64,000 nt of DNA. Source: Escherichia coli. Lineage in GTDB: Bacteria; Pseudomonadota; Gammaproteobacteria; Enterobacterales; Enterobacteriaceae. Positions 27,407 to 39,709 of this stretch are shown here, piece after piece; position 1 is the stretch's first letter; each line of letters begins with the position of its first letter. The notes under the pieces were generated by a model. The model searched no databases and was not told the origin of the DNA. It saw only the letters and a list, made by a program, of their open reading frames with translations. The stretch lies in NCBI RefSeq assembly GCF_003334785.1, contig NZ_QOWV01000007.1. One strand, given 5' to 3'. A program made the position numbers and the translations under genes.

Positions 27407-29836
27407 TTACGAATACTTTTTCGTCCGTCGCGTCGGTGCAGTATTTGCCGGGTCGTCCGGCCAGACATGTTTGGGATAACGCCCTTTCATCTCTTTTTGC
27501 ACCTCACGGTACGCTCCTTTCCAGAAGGCGCTCAAATCTCGTGTGATTTGTAATGGCCTTTGGGCAGGTGAAAGCAACTCCAGCACCAGCGGCACGCGCC
27601 CCTGGGCGATCGTCGGATTGGTGGCCTCGCCAAACATCTCTTGCATTCTCACCGCCAGCGCGGGCGGGTTATCTTCATGATAACGAATGGCGATCCGGCT
27701 TCCCGTCGGCACAGTGTAATGCGCAGGCAATTCACTATCCAGACGTTGCTGCATTCCCCAATCAAGTAATCCGCGTAGTGCCTGATAAATGTCGAGTGAT
27801 TTCAGGCCGCGTAGTGAATGTACGCCAGTCATATGTGGCAGCAGCCACGTTTCCAGCGCTGCCAATAAACTTTCATCATCAACCGCTGGCCAGTCATATT
27901 CCGGCAACCACTTTGCGGCGCATAACAAACGCAAGCGTAGCTGTTCCGCTTCCGCCGTCCAGTTGAGCACGCTTAAACCTTTATCACGGATGCCATTAAG
28001 CATCGCCTGATGCAACTCGTCTTCTGACGGTTTCGCCAGCGGCTGCACTTTCACCGTCAACTGACCGATTTGTAGCCGACGCCAGGCTTTCAGCGTACCT
28101 TGCGCGTCATCCCACTCCACAGTGTCAGACTGCTGTACCAGCTGCGGGCAGCGTTGTACTAACTCATCAATATCGACCAGCAGCGCCAGTAAAATCCGCG
28201 CATCCGGCGAGGCGCTGCCCTGCAATAATAACGGTGCGATCAACCATTCGTGGCGGCTTAGCGCGTCGTTGGCATCGAGCATCGCTCCCATGCCGTTTGC
28301 CAGTTGATAGCGTCCATCTTGCCCACGGCGACGAGCAATGCGATCGGCAAACGCCCCGGCAAGTAGCGGCGCGATAAGCGAACTGTCTGCCTCACCGCCA
28401 CGTACGTTTAAGCGTTTTAACAGTTGCTGACTACGTTGCTGCCAGGCTGGTTGATTGCGCGAAAACGCCACGCCCAGGTCACTATTGCCCATCCGTGGCG
28501 GCTCTTCGAGAATGGCGGCAATTTTTGCCGCGGTAGCAGCTTCGTCGTCGTTCTTCGCGCTAACCAGCATTGCCGCTAAACGCGGATCGTTACCCAGCGC
28601 TGCCATTTTTTGCCCTTGCGCACTAAGCCGTTCACCCTCCAGTGCCCCCAGCATTTGTAACAGACGTTTCGCGGCCAGTAGATTCACTACTGGCGGTTGA
28701 TCCAGCCAGCTCATCTGCGCCGGATCGCTGCATCCCCATTGCAGTAATTCCATCAGCAAACCGGAAAGATCGCTTTGTAAGATCTCCGGTTCACTTTGCG
28801 CCGCGGCGCGTTCTGCTTGTTCTTTGGCGATTAAATGCAGGCTGATACCCGGCTCCAGACGCCCGGCGCGCCCGGCACGCTGCGTCATGGATGCCTGGCT
28901 AACGCGTTGAGTAATCAGTCGCGTAAGCCCCGTGCGCGGATCAAAACGCGCCACACGCTCCTGGGCACAATCCACCACCAGACGAATACCTTCAATGGTT
29001 AAACTGGTTTCAGCAATATTGGTCGCCAGCACCACTTTACGCATCCCTTGCGGTGCCGGGAGGATCGCTTTTCGCTGATCGTTCAGCGACAACGCGCCAT
29101 ACAGCGGGCAGAGCAATACATCACTGCCGATGCGCGAAGCCAGTTGTTCCTGCACACGCTGAATTTCTCCGACGCCAGGTAAAAATAACAGTAATGATCC
29201 GCTTTCCTGACGCAGCATTTCAGCGGTGGCTACCGCAACGGCATCGTCAAAACGCTGATGCGCGGGCAGCGGTAAATAACGGCGTTCAACCGGAAACGAG
29301 CGCCCTTCTGAGATGACGACAGGCGCTTCTGGCAGCATTTGCTGCAAGCGGTCGTTGTCCAGGGTAGCCGACATAATCAGCAGTTTAAGGTCATCACGCA
29401 GACCTTGTTGCACATCGAGTAACAGCGCCAACGCCAAATCCGCCTGCAAGCTGCGCTCATGAAATTCATCAAGGATCACCAGTCCAACACCGCTCAGTTC
29501 CGGGTCACGCTGGATCATGCGCGTCAGCACGCCTTCGGTAACCACTTCCAGGCGGGTATTCGGCCCGACGCAGTTTTGCGCACGCATCCGGTAGCCAACG
29601 GTATCGCCTGGCTTTTCGTTAAGCAGCTCCGCCAGCCGTTGCGCGACGTTACGCGCCGCCAGACGACGCGGCTCCAGCAGGATAATTTTCCCGTTAATGC
29701 CGGGATGCGCCAGCAGTTGCAGCGGCAGCCAGGTTGATTTCCCGGCCCCGGTCGGCGCACTTAATAATACCTGCGGCGCACAATCGAGAGCGGTAAGTAA
29801 TTCAGGTAAGACGGCAGCAACGGGCAACGACGACAC
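27407..29836 (-). CDS. hrpB: ATP-dependent DEAH-box RNA helicase HrpB
   Basis: The ORF track starts at 29881; the known 809-aa protein begins VSSLPVAAVLPELL at a GTG (29836). Walker A GAGKST and DEFH motif present. Confidence 0.92.
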   Translation of the reverse strand: MSSLPVAAVLPELLTALDCAPQVLLSAPTGAGKSTWLPLQLLAHPGINGKIILLEPRRLAARNVAQRLAELLNEKPGDTVGYRMRAQNCVGPNTRLEVVTEGVLTRMIQRDPELSGVGLVILDEFHERSLQADLALALLLDVQQGLRDDLKLLIMSATLDNDRLQQMLPEAPVVISEGRSFPVERRYLPLPAHQRFDDAVAVATAEMLRQESGSLLLFLPGVGEIQRVQEQLASRIGSDVLLCPLYGALSLNDQRKAILPAPQGMRKVVLATNIAETSLTIEGIRLVVDCAQERVARFDPRTGLTRLITQRVSQASMTQRAGRAGRLEPGISLHLIAKEQAERAAAQSEPEILQSDLSGLLMELLQWGCSDPAQMSWLDQPPVVNLLAAKRLLQMLGALEGERLSAQGQKMAALGNDPRLAAMLVSAKNDDEAATAAKIAAILEEPPRMGNSDLGVAFSRNQPAWQQRSQQLLKRLNVRGGEADSSLIAPLLAGAFADRIARRRGQDGRYQLANGMGAMLDANDALSRHEWLIAPLLLQGSASPDARILLALLVDIDELVQRCPQLVQQSDTVEWDDAQGTLKAWRRLQIGQLTVKVQPLAKPSEDELHQAMLNGIRDKGLSVLNWTAEAEQLRLRLLCAAKWLPEYDWPAVDDESLLAALETWLLPHMTGVHSLRGLKSLDIYQALRGLLDWGMQQRLDSELPAHYTVPTGSRIAIRYHEDNPPALAVRMQEMFGEATNPTIAQGRVPLVLELLSPAQRPLQITRDLSAFWKGAYREVQKEMKGRYPKHVWPDDPANTAPTRRTKKYS

Positions 29837-29909
29837 AAAACGCTCCAGAGGGTTAACATTCTTCGCGCCACATTGTAGCATCGCGGTAATTCATAACCGA
29901 GTGCCTCAC

Positions 29910-31159
<1,250 letters not shown>

Positions 31160-31336
31160 TAAAGTAAGTAACTGGTTAATTTACATTCTGGTCGCGTGCG
31201 CAAATACGCTTTTCCTCACACAGTTGTCAAGTGTTACGTTTAGATAATTGCTATCCGGAAAAGCATCTGCTATTTATAGCGGCCTCATTTTTCCCCCGAA
31301 CATGGGGATCGATAGTGCGTGTTAAGGAGAAGCAAC

Positions 31337-31792
31337 ATGCAAGAAGGGCAAAACCGTAAAACATCGTCCCTGAGTATTCTCGCCATCGCTGGGGTGGAAC
31401 CATATCAGGAGAAGCCGGGCGAAGAGTATATGAATGAAGCCCAGCTGGCGCACTTCCGTCGTATTCTGGAAGCATGGCGTAATCAACTCAGGGATGAAGT
31501 CGATCGCACCGTTACACATATGCAGGATGAAGCAGCCAACTTCCCGGACCCGGTAGACCGTGCAGCCCAGGAAGAAGAGTTCAGCCTCGAACTGCGTAAC
31601 CGCGATCGCGAGCGTAAGCTGATCAAAAAGATCGAGAAGACGCTGAAAAAAGTGGAAGACGAAGATTTCGGCTACTGCGAATCCTGCGGTGTTGAAATTG
31701 GTATTCGCCGTCTGGAAGCGCGCCCGACAGCCGATCTGTGCATCGACTGCAAAACGCTGGCTGAAATTCGCGAAAAACAGATGGCTGGCTAA
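31337..31792 (+). CDS. dksA: RNA polymerase-binding transcription factor DksA
   Basis: The known 151-aa protein starts at [19 protein letters not shown]; C4 zinc finger [25 protein letters not shown]. Confidence 0.96.
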   Translation: MQEGQNRKTSSLSILAIAGVEPYQEKPGEEYMNEAQLAHFRRILEAWRNQLRDEVDRTVTHMQDEAANFPDPVDRAAQEEEFSLELRNRDRERKLIKKIEKTLKKVEDEDFGYCESCGVEIGIRRLEARPTADLCIDCKTLAEIREKQMAG

Positions 31793-31819
31793 TTACAGCC
31801 GTTCCATCACGTTTACCAC

Positions 31820-31848
31820 AGGCGGGAAATGCTCCCGCCTTATTTTTT
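31820..31848 (+). terminator. Rho-independent terminator after dksA, overlapping the gluQ start
   Basis: Hairpin ggcggga-aatgc-tcccgcc followed by ttatttttt; the ATG of the gluQ ORF (31829) lies in the loop. Confidence 0.75.
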
Positions 31849-32755
31849 GTTCAAAGAGATGACAGACACACAGTATATTGGCCGCTTCGCCCCCTCTCCT
31901 TCCGGCGAGCTTCATTTTGGCTCTCTGATCGCCGCGCTCGGCAGCTATTTGCAGGCTCGCGCCCGGCAAGGTCGCTGGCTGGTACGCATAGAAGATATCG
32001 ACCCGCCTCGTGAAGTTCCCGGTGCCGCAGAAACTATCCTGCGCCAGCTGGAACATTACGGTCTGCACTGGGACGGCGATGTTCTCTGGCAATCGCAACG
32101 TCACGACGCCTATCGTGAAGCACTCGCCTGGTTACATGAACAAGGACTAAGTTATTACTGCACCTGTACGCGTGCGCGTATTCAAAGCATTGGCGGTATT
32201 TACGACGGTCATTGCCGGGTGTTGCATCATGGACCAGACAACGCCGCAGTGCGTATCCGCCAGCAGCATCCGGTCACGCAATTTACTGACCAGCTGCGCG
32301 GCATTATTCACGCCGACGAAAAACTGGCACGGGAAGATTTTATCATTCATCGCCGTGATGGGTTGTTCGCCTACAACCTGGCTGTTGTGGTTGATGATCA
32401 TTTCCAGGGCGTTACAGAAATAGTGCGTGGGGCTGATCTGATTGAACCAACAGTAAGGCAAATCTCGCTGTACCAGCTTTTTGGCTGGAAAGTGCCAGAT
32501 TACATTCATCTGCCGCTGGCGCTTAATCCACAAGGCGCTAAACTTTCCAAGCAGAATCATGCGCCTGCGTTGCCGAAAGGCGATCCACGCCCGGTACTAA
32601 TCGCGGCACTTCAATTTCTGGGGCAGCAGGCAGAAGCACACTGGCAGGATTTCAGCGTCGAGCAAATCCTTCAGTCAGCCGTCAAAAACTGGCGGCTTAC
32701 CGCCGTGCCCGAGTCGGCAATTGTAAATTCAACATTCTCAAATGCGTCATGCTGA
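31829..32755 (+). CDS. gluQ: Glutamyl-queuosine tRNA(Asp) synthetase
   Basis: 308-aa ORF with class I synthetase-like motifs ([11 protein letters not shown] ... KLSKQ). The start is ambiguous: an alternative ATG at 31859 (MTDTQYIG) gives 298 aa. Confidence 0.88.
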   Translation: MLPPYFLFKEMTDTQYIGRFAPSPSGELHFGSLIAALGSYLQARARQGRWLVRIEDIDPPREVPGAAETILRQLEHYGLHWDGDVLWQSQRHDAYREALAWLHEQGLSYYCTCTRARIQSIGGIYDGHCRVLHHGPDNAAVRIRQQHPVTQFTDQLRGIIHADEKLAREDFIIHRRDGLFAYNLAVVVDDHFQGVTEIVRGADLIEPTVRQISLYQLFGWKVPDYIHLPLALNPQGAKLSKQNHAPALPKGDPRPVLIAALQFLGQQAEAHWQDFSVEQILQSAVKNWRLTAVPESAIVNSTFSNASC

Positions 32756-32814
32756 GCTATGATTAGCCGCTATTTTTTTGTCCTGAATGATGTTTGACAC
32801 TACCGAGGTGTACT

Positions 32815-34212
32815 ATTTTTACCCGAGTCGCTAATTTTTGCCGCAAGGTGCTAAGCCGCGAGGAAAGCGAGGCTGAACAGGCAGTCGCCCGTCCACAGGT
32901 GACGGTGATCCCGCGTGAGCAGCATGCTATTTCCCGCAAAGATATCAGTGAAAATGCCCTGAAGGTAATGTACAGGCTCAATAAAGCGGGATACGAAGCC
33001 TGGCTGGTTGGCGGCGGCGTGCGCGACCTGTTACTTGGCAAAAAGCCGAAAGATTTTGACGTAACCACTAACGCCACGCCTGAGCAGGTGCGCAAACTGT
33101 TCCGTAACTGCCGCCTGGTGGGTCGCCGTTTCCGTCTGGCTCATGTAATGTTTGGCCCGGAGATTATCGAAGTTGCGACCTTCCGTGGACACCACGAAGG
33201 TAACGTCAGCGACCGCACGACCTCCCAACGCGGGCAAAACGGCATGTTGCTGCGCGACAACATTTTCGGCTCCATCGAAGAAGACGCCCAGCGCCGCGAT
33301 TTCACTATCAACAGCCTGTATTACAGCGTAGCGGATTTTACCGTCCGTGATTACGTTGGCGGCATGAAGGATCTGAAGGACGGCGTTATCCGTCTGATTG
33401 GTAACCCGGAAACGCGCTACCGTGAAGATCCGGTACGTATGCTGCGCGCGGTACGTTTTGCCGCCAAATTGGGTATGCGCATCAGCCCGGAAACCGCAGA
33501 ACCGATCCCTCGCCTCGCTACCCTGCTGAACGATATCCCACCGGCACGCCTGTTTGAAGAATCGCTTAAACTGCTACAAGCGGGCTACGGTTACGAAACC
33601 TATAAGCTGTTGTGTGAATATCATCTGTTCCAGCCGCTGTTCCCGACCATTACCCGCTACTTCACGGAAAATGGCGACAGCCCGATGGAGCGGATCATTG
33701 AACAGGTGCTGAAGAATACCGATACGCGTATCCATAACGATATGCGCGTGAACCCGGCGTTCCTGTTTGCCGCCATGTTCTGGTACCCACTGCTGGAGAC
33801 GGCACAGAAGATCGCCCAGGAAAGCGGCCTGACCTATCACGACGCTTTCGCGCTGGCGATGAACGACGTGCTGGACGAAGCCTGCCGTTCACTGGCAATC
33901 CCGAAACGTCTGACGACATTAACCCGCGATATCTGGCAGTTGCAGTTGCGTATGTCCCGTCGTCAGGGTAAACGCGCATGGAAACTGCTGGAGCATCCTA
34001 AGTTCCGTGCGGCTTATGACCTGTTGGCCTTGCGAGCTGAAGTTGAGCGTAACGCTGAACTGCAGCGTCTGGTGAAATGGTGGGGTGAGTTCCAGGTTTC
34101 CGCGCCACCAGACCAAAAAGGGATGCTCAACGAGCTGGATGAAGAACCGTCACCGCGTCGTCGTACTCGTCGTCCACGCAAACGCGCACCACGTCGTGAG
34201 GGTACCGCATGA
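32815..34212 (+). CDS. pcnB: Poly(A) polymerase I
   Basis: The ORF track starts at TTG 32794; the known 465-aa protein begins at the ATT codon 32815-32817 ([13 protein letters not shown]), a documented non-canonical AUU initiation. Confidence 0.9.
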
Positions 34213-34688
34213 CAGTGGCGTATATTGCCATAGGCAGCAATCTGGCCTCTCCGCTGGAGCAGGTCAATGCTGCCCTGAAAGCATTAGGCGATATCCCTGA
34301 AAGCCACATTCTTACCGTTTCTTCGTTTTACCGCACCCCACCGCTGGGGCCGCAAGATCAACCCGATTACTTAAACGCAGCCGTGGCGCTGGAAACCTCT
34401 CTTGCACCTGAAGAGCTACTCAATCACACACAGCGTATTGAATTGCAGCAAGGTCGCGTCCGCAAAGCTGAACGCTGGGGACCACGCACGCTGGATCTCG
34501 ACATCATGCTGTTTGGTAATGAAGTGATAAATACTGAACGCCTGACCGTTCCGCACTACGATATGAAGAATCGTGGATTTATGCTGTGGCCGCTGTTTGA
34601 AATCGCGCCGGAGTTGGTGTTTCCTGATGGGGAGATGTTGCGTCAAATCTTACATACAAGAGCATTTGACAAATTAAACAAATGGTAA
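34209..34688 (+). CDS. folK: 2-amino-4-hydroxy-6-hydroxymethyldihydropteridine pyrophosphokinase
   Basis: 159-aa [68 protein letters not shown]... ; start overlaps the pcnB stop (ATGA). Confidence 0.96.
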
Positions 34689-35057
34689 TTTATTTATATT
34701 GCGAATATAAATATTTTCTGAAAATCATATCTCATCTCTTTCCTTAATTACGATTTTAGTTTAAACATCTCTTTGCGGAAATAATATAACTTCCTATAAA
34801 TAAATATCAATCCCATCTCCATACCCTAACCAATTGCACTTGTGAACTTATTTTTACTTAATTTTGAATTAAGTAAATTTAATTTGTTCAAAAGCTTCTA
34901 AAGTGCACAATAGGCGACCTAATGAACAATGGTTGTAAATTTGGGTAACAAATATCATTGCTCATTAATATCTAACATTTGTTTCTCCTATTTGTGTCAT
35001 GAATAGTCATTCTTCAAACATGTAGTCTGACTAATGGAATTTTATTAAAGGATTTTT
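34689..35057 (+). promoter_or_regulatory. AT-rich upstream/promoter region of the yad fimbrial operon (likely nucleoid-protein silenced)
   Basis: 369 bp, very AT-rich with A/T tracts and short palindromes (atttatatt-gcg-aatataaat directly after the folK stop). Confidence 0.5.
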
Positions 35058-35642
35058 ATGTCTAAAAAATTAGGTTTTGCCCTGTCTGGTCTTATGCTGG
35101 CGATGGTTGCAGGTACTGCTTCTGCTGATATGGACGGCGGTCAGTTAAATATCAGTGGTCTGGTTGTTGATAACACCTGTGAAACCCGCGTTGACGGCGG
35201 TAACAAGGATGGTCTGATCCTGCTGCAAACCGCAACCGTTGGTGAAATCGATGCTGGCGTACTGAATGACACCGTTGGCGCTAAAGCTAAACCTTTCAGC
35301 ATCACCGTTGACTGCAGCAAAGCAAATCCGAATCCAGGTAGCACGGCTAAAATGACCTTCGGTTCTGTTTTCTTTGGTAACAGCAAAGGGACTTTGAACA
35401 ACGACATGTCTATTAACAACCCATCTGACGGCGTTAATATCGCTCTACACAATATTGATGGTTCCACTATCAAACAGGTTCAAATTAACAACCCTGGCGA
35501 TGTGTATACTAAAGCCCTGGATGCAACGACAAAATCTGCTGTTTATGATTTTAAAGCGTCTTACGTTCGTGCCGTCGCAGACCAAACAGCAACTGCTGGT
35601 TATGTAAAAACTAACACTGCATACACCATTACTTATCAGTAA
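35058..35642 (+). CDS. yadN: Fimbrial major subunit-like protein
   Basis: 194-aa ORF with signal peptide and type 1 pilin fold signature (C...C pair, C-terminal YTITYQ beta-strand). Confidence 0.92.
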
Positions 35643-35739
35643 GTATTCACCAGTTAAATTGATTGAATGAATATACAGGGAATAATAATTTCTATTTTAT
35701 ATTATTCCCTGTTTTAATTAACTCTATCAGGGATGGTTT

Positions 35740-36480
35740 ATGTTTTTTAACACCAAACATACAACAGCTTTATGCTTCGTAACCTGTATGGCTTTTAGTT
35801 CATCGTCTATTGCGGACATTGTCATTTCGGGTACTCGCGTAATATATAAAAGCGATCAAAAAAGTGTCAACGTACGTCTGGAAAATAAAGGGAATAACCC
35901 GTTGCTTGTCCAGAGTTGGTTAGATACTGGCGATGACAACGCTGAGCCTGGCAGTATTACAGTCCCTTTTACTGCTACGCCGCCAGTATCGCGTATTGAT
36001 GCCAAACGTGGGCAAACAATCAAATTAATGTACACAGCCAGCACCTCACTGCCTAAAGACAGAGAGAGCGTGTTCTGGTTTAACGTACTGGAAGTTCCAC
36101 CAAAACCAGATGCAGAAAAGGTCGCGAATCAAAGCCTGCTGCAACTGGCATTTCGCACACGTATAAAACTTTTCTATCGCCCGGATGGATTGAAGGGAAA
36201 TCCCTCTGAAGCCCCGTTAGCCCTGAAGTGGTTCTGGTCAGGTTCAGAAGGTAAGGCGTCATTACGAGTGACCAATCCAACCCCTTACTACGTCTCTTTT
36301 AGCAGTGGTGATTTAGAAGCTAGCGGTAAACGCTATCCGATTGATGTGAAAATGATTGCACCATTTAGTGATGAGGTCATGAAAGTCAATGGCCTTAATG
36401 GCAAAGCGAATTCTGCAAAAGTGCATTTTTACGCCATTAATGACTTTGGTGGCGCAATTGAAGGTAATGCCAGGCTGTAA
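35740..36480 (+). CDS. ecpD: Periplasmic fimbrial chaperone (PapD-like)
   Basis: 246-aa ORF with signal peptide and PapD-like motifs (TRVIY, LVQSW, NPTPYY); also called yadV. Confidence 0.92.
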   Translation: MFFNTKHTTALCFVTCMAFSSSSIADIVISGTRVIYKSDQKSVNVRLENKGNNPLLVQSWLDTGDDNAEPGSITVPFTATPPVSRIDAKRGQTIKLMYTASTSLPKDRESVFWFNVLEVPPKPDAEKVANQSLLQLAFRTRIKLFYRPDGLKGNPSEAPLALKWFWSGSEGKASLRVTNPTPYYVSFSSGDLEASGKRYPIDVKMIAPFSDEVMKVNGLNGKANSAKVHFYAINDFGGAIEGNARL

Positions 36481-36514
36481 TCAGGCAAGGATATAATTCC
36501 GCAGGAAGCATAGC

Positions 36515-39112
36515 GTGACTATAGAATATACTAAAAATTATCATCATCTGACCCGTATCGCCACGTTTTGCGCGCTGCTGTATTGCAATACTGCTTTCAG
36601 TGCTGAACTCGTTGAATATGACCATACCTTCCTGATGGGGCAGAATGCATCTAATATTGATCTCAGCCGGTACAGTGAAGGTAACCCCGCTATACCGGGT
36701 GTTTACGACGTCAGTGTTTATGTAAACGACCAACCAATCATTAACCAAAGTATTACATTTGTCGCAATTGAAGGAAAAAAGAACGCCCAGGCTTGTATCA
36801 CATTAAAGAATTTATTGCAGTTTCATATTAATTCTCCCGATATAAATAACGAAAAAGCCGTTCTGCTTGCCAGGGATGAAACGCTCGGCAATTGCCTCAA
36901 TTTGACGGAAATTATCCCTCAGGCTTCTGTTCGTTATGACGTTAACGATCAACGTCTGGATATAGACGTTCCTCAAGCCTGGGTAATGAAAAATTACCAA
37001 AACTATGTTGATCCATCGTTATGGGAAAACGGCATTAATGCGGCCATGTTGTCATACAACCTCAACGGATATCATAGTGAAACCCCTGGTCGAAAAAATG
37101 AAAGCATTTATGCTGCATTTAACGGTGGGATGAATTTAGGTGCATGGCGACTGCGTGCCTCGGGCAACTACAACTGGATGACCGATTCTGGCAGTAATTA
37201 TGATTTTAAGAATCGGTATGTTCAGCGTGATATCGCCTCGCTGCGTTCTCAACTCATTCTTGGTGAGTCTTATACGACGGGCGAAACCTTTGATTCCGTC
37301 AGTATCCGAGGCATTCGTTTATACAGTGACAGCCGCATGTTGCCTCCGACTTTAGCCAGCTTTGCGCCTATCATTCATGGCGTTGCCAATACCAACGCCA
37401 AAGTCACTATTACGCAAGGTGGCTATAAGATTTATGAAACGACGGTGCCGCCAGGCGCTTTCGTCATTGATGATCTGAGTCCGTCAGGGTACGGCAGCGA
37501 TCTTATTGTTACCATCGAAGAATCCGATGGCTCAAAGCGGACATTCTCGCAACCTTTCTCATCCGTTGTTCAAATGTTACGCCCTGGCGTTGGACGTTGG
37601 GATATTAGCGGCGGTCAGGTCTTAAAAGATGATATTCAGGATGAGCCTAATTTATTTCAAGCAAGCTACTACTACGGCCTGAATAACTATCTGACGGGTT
37701 ATACCGGTATTCAGATAACCGATAATAACTATACCGCTGGTTTGTTAGGTCTTGGTCTGAATACTTCAGTTGGTGCATTTTCTTTCGATGTGACTCATTC
37801 CAATGTTCGTATCCCGGATGATAAAACATACCAGGGGCAAAGTTATCGTGTTTCCTGGAACAAGTTATTCGAAGAAACAAGTACTTCACTGAATATCGCG
37901 GCCTATCGCTATTCGACACAGAATTACCTTGGTCTTAATGATGCACTAACTCTAATTGATGAAGTGAAACATCCCGAACAAGATCTTGAACCGAAATCCA
38001 TGCGTAATTACTCACGCATGAAAAATCAGGTTACGGTCAGTATTAACCAACCGTTGAAATTTGAGAAAAAAGATTACGGTTCATTTTATCTTTCCGGAAG
38101 TTGGTCCGATTACTGGGCTTCCGGACAAAATCGTAGCAATTACTCTATTGGCTACAGTAACAGTACATCCTGGGGCAGCTACAGTGTCAGTGCCCAGCGT
38201 TCATGGAATGAAGACGGCGACACTGACGATAGCGTTTATCTTAGTTTCACCATTCCAATTGAAAAATTACTTGGCACTGAACAACGTACTTCAGGTTTCC
38301 AGAGTATTGATACTCAAATAAGCAGTGACTTTAAGGGTAATAACCAACTCAACGTTAGCAGCAGTGGCTATAGCGATAACGCTCGCGTCAGTTATAGCGT
38401 GAATACTGGCTATACGATGAATAAAGCCAGCAAAGATTTGAGTTATGTTGGGGGTTATGCCAGCTATGAGTCACCATGGGGAACGCTGGCAGGTTCAATT
38501 TCTGCAAATAGCGATAACAGCCGTCAAGTTTCTCTCAGCACCGACGGTGGTTTTGTATTGCATAGCGGTGGACTGACTTTCAGTAATGATAGTTTTAGCG
38601 ACTCCGATACACTGGCGGTAGTTCAGGCTCCAGGTGCTCAAGGAGCGCGAATAAATTATGGCAACAGTACTATCGATCGATGGGGTTATGGTGTCACCAG
38701 CGCTCTTTCTCCTTATCATGAAAACCGTATCGCGCTGGATATCAACGATCTTGAGAACGATGTTGAATTAAAAAGTACCAGTGCAGTAGCTGTACCGCGT
38801 CAGGGTTCAGTCGTCTTTGCTGATTTTGAAACCGTGCAAGGGCAATCAGCCATTATGAACATCACACGAAGTGATGGTAAAAATATTCCATTTGCTGCAG
38901 ATATTTATGATGAGCAAGGCAATGTCATTGGTAATGTTGGACAGGGTGGACAAGCATTTGTTCGTGGTATTGAGCAGCAGGGAAATATCAGCATTAAATG
39001 GCTCGAACAAAGTAAACCCGTAAGTTGTCTTGCGCATTATCAACAAAGCCCAGAAGCAGAAAAAATAGCACAATCTATTATTCTGAATGGAATTCGGTGT
39101 CAGATTCAGTAA
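36515..39112 (+). CDS. htrE: Outer membrane fimbrial usher
   Basis: 865-aa ORF, usher family (signal peptide, central beta-barrel, C-terminal C...C pair). Confidence 0.93.
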   Translation: MTIEYTKNYHHLTRIATFCALLYCNTAFSAELVEYDHTFLMGQNASNIDLSRYSEGNPAIPGVYDVSVYVNDQPIINQSITFVAIEGKKNAQACITLKNLLQFHINSPDINNEKAVLLARDETLGNCLNLTEIIPQASVRYDVNDQRLDIDVPQAWVMKNYQNYVDPSLWENGINAAMLSYNLNGYHSETPGRKNESIYAAFNGGMNLGAWRLRASGNYNWMTDSGSNYDFKNRYVQRDIASLRSQLILGESYTTGETFDSVSIRGIRLYSDSRMLPPTLASFAPIIHGVANTNAKVTITQGGYKIYETTVPPGAFVIDDLSPSGYGSDLIVTIEESDGSKRTFSQPFSSVVQMLRPGVGRWDISGGQVLKDDIQDEPNLFQASYYYGLNNYLTGYTGIQITDNNYTAGLLGLGLNTSVGAFSFDVTHSNVRIPDDKTYQGQSYRVSWNKLFEETSTSLNIAAYRYSTQNYLGLNDALTLIDEVKHPEQDLEPKSMRNYSRMKNQVTVSINQPLKFEKKDYGSFYLSGSWSDYWASGQNRSNYSIGYSNSTSWGSYSVSAQRSWNEDGDTDDSVYLSFTIPIEKLLGTEQRTSGFQSIDTQISSDFKGNNQLNVSSSGYSDNARVSYSVNTGYTMNKASKDLSYVGGYASYESPWGTLAGSISANSDNSRQVSLSTDGGFVLHSGGLTFSNDSFSDSDTLAVVQAPGAQGARINYGNSTIDRWGYGVTSALSPYHENRIALDINDLENDVELKSTSAVAVPRQGSVVFADFETVQGQSAIMNITRSDGKNIPFAADIYDEQGNVIGNVGQGGQAFVRGIEQQGNISIKWLEQSKPVSCLAHYQQSPEAEKIAQSIILNGIRCQIQ

Positions 39113-39128
39113 CTACAAGGGACGTCAA

Positions 39129-39698
39129 ATGATAAAAACAACGCCACATAAAATAGTGATACTGATGGGAATATTATTATCACCCTCAGTATTTGCAACG
39201 GATATTAATGTAGAGTTTACAGCCACTGTCAAAGCGACAACCTGTAACATCACACTTACTGGTAATAACGTCACGAATGATGGCAATAATAACTACACAT
39301 TGAGAATCCCTAAGATGGGTCTGGATAAGATCGCGAATAAAACGACAGAATCTCAGGCTGATTTTAAACTGGTTGCCAGTGGGTGCAGCAGTGGCATCAG
39401 TTGGATTGATACCACTCTGACCGGAAATGCATCATCAAGCTCACCTAAGCTTATTATACCGCAGTCTGGTGATTCATCTTCGACGACAAGTAATATCGGT
39501 ATGGGTTTCAAAAAACGGACTACTGATGATGCCACTTTCCTTAAACCTAACAGTGCGGAAAAGATACGCTGGAGCACAGACGAGATGCAGCCCGATAAGG
39601 GTCTTGAAATGACCGTTGCGCTACGTGAAACAGATGCAGGGCAAGGCGTACCGGGGAATTTTCGTGCACTGGCGACGTTTAATTTCATCTATCAATAA
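39129..39698 (+). CDS. yadM: Fimbrial subunit-like protein
   Basis: The ORF track starts at 39087 overlapping htrE; the likely start is MIKTTPHKIVILMGILLSPSVFA (signal peptide), 189 aa. Confidence 0.88.
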   Translation: MIKTTPHKIVILMGILLSPSVFATDINVEFTATVKATTCNITLTGNNVTNDGNNNYTLRIPKMGLDKIANKTTESQADFKLVASGCSSGISWIDTTLTGNASSSSPKLIIPQSGDSSSTTSNIGMGFKKRTTDDATFLKPNSAEKIRWSTDEMQPDKGLEMTVALRETDAGQGVPGNFRALATFNFIYQ

Positions 39699-39709
39699 GA
39701 AGGATAATT

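Noticed and set aside
27142-27553. Several small ORFs (60-119 aa) across the hrpB-mrcB spacer
   Set aside because: They read through the GC-rich palindromic repeats (PLSLEGEG / RERVRVRVNVR) and overlap the hrpB 3' and mrcB 5' ends; repeat-derived, not coding.
29697-29909. N-terminal extension of the thpR ORF (track gives 247 aa from 29697)
   Set aside because: The extension overlaps the hrpB 5' end on the opposite strand and lacks similarity to the 2H phosphoesterase fold; the internal ATG at 29910 matches the known protein start.
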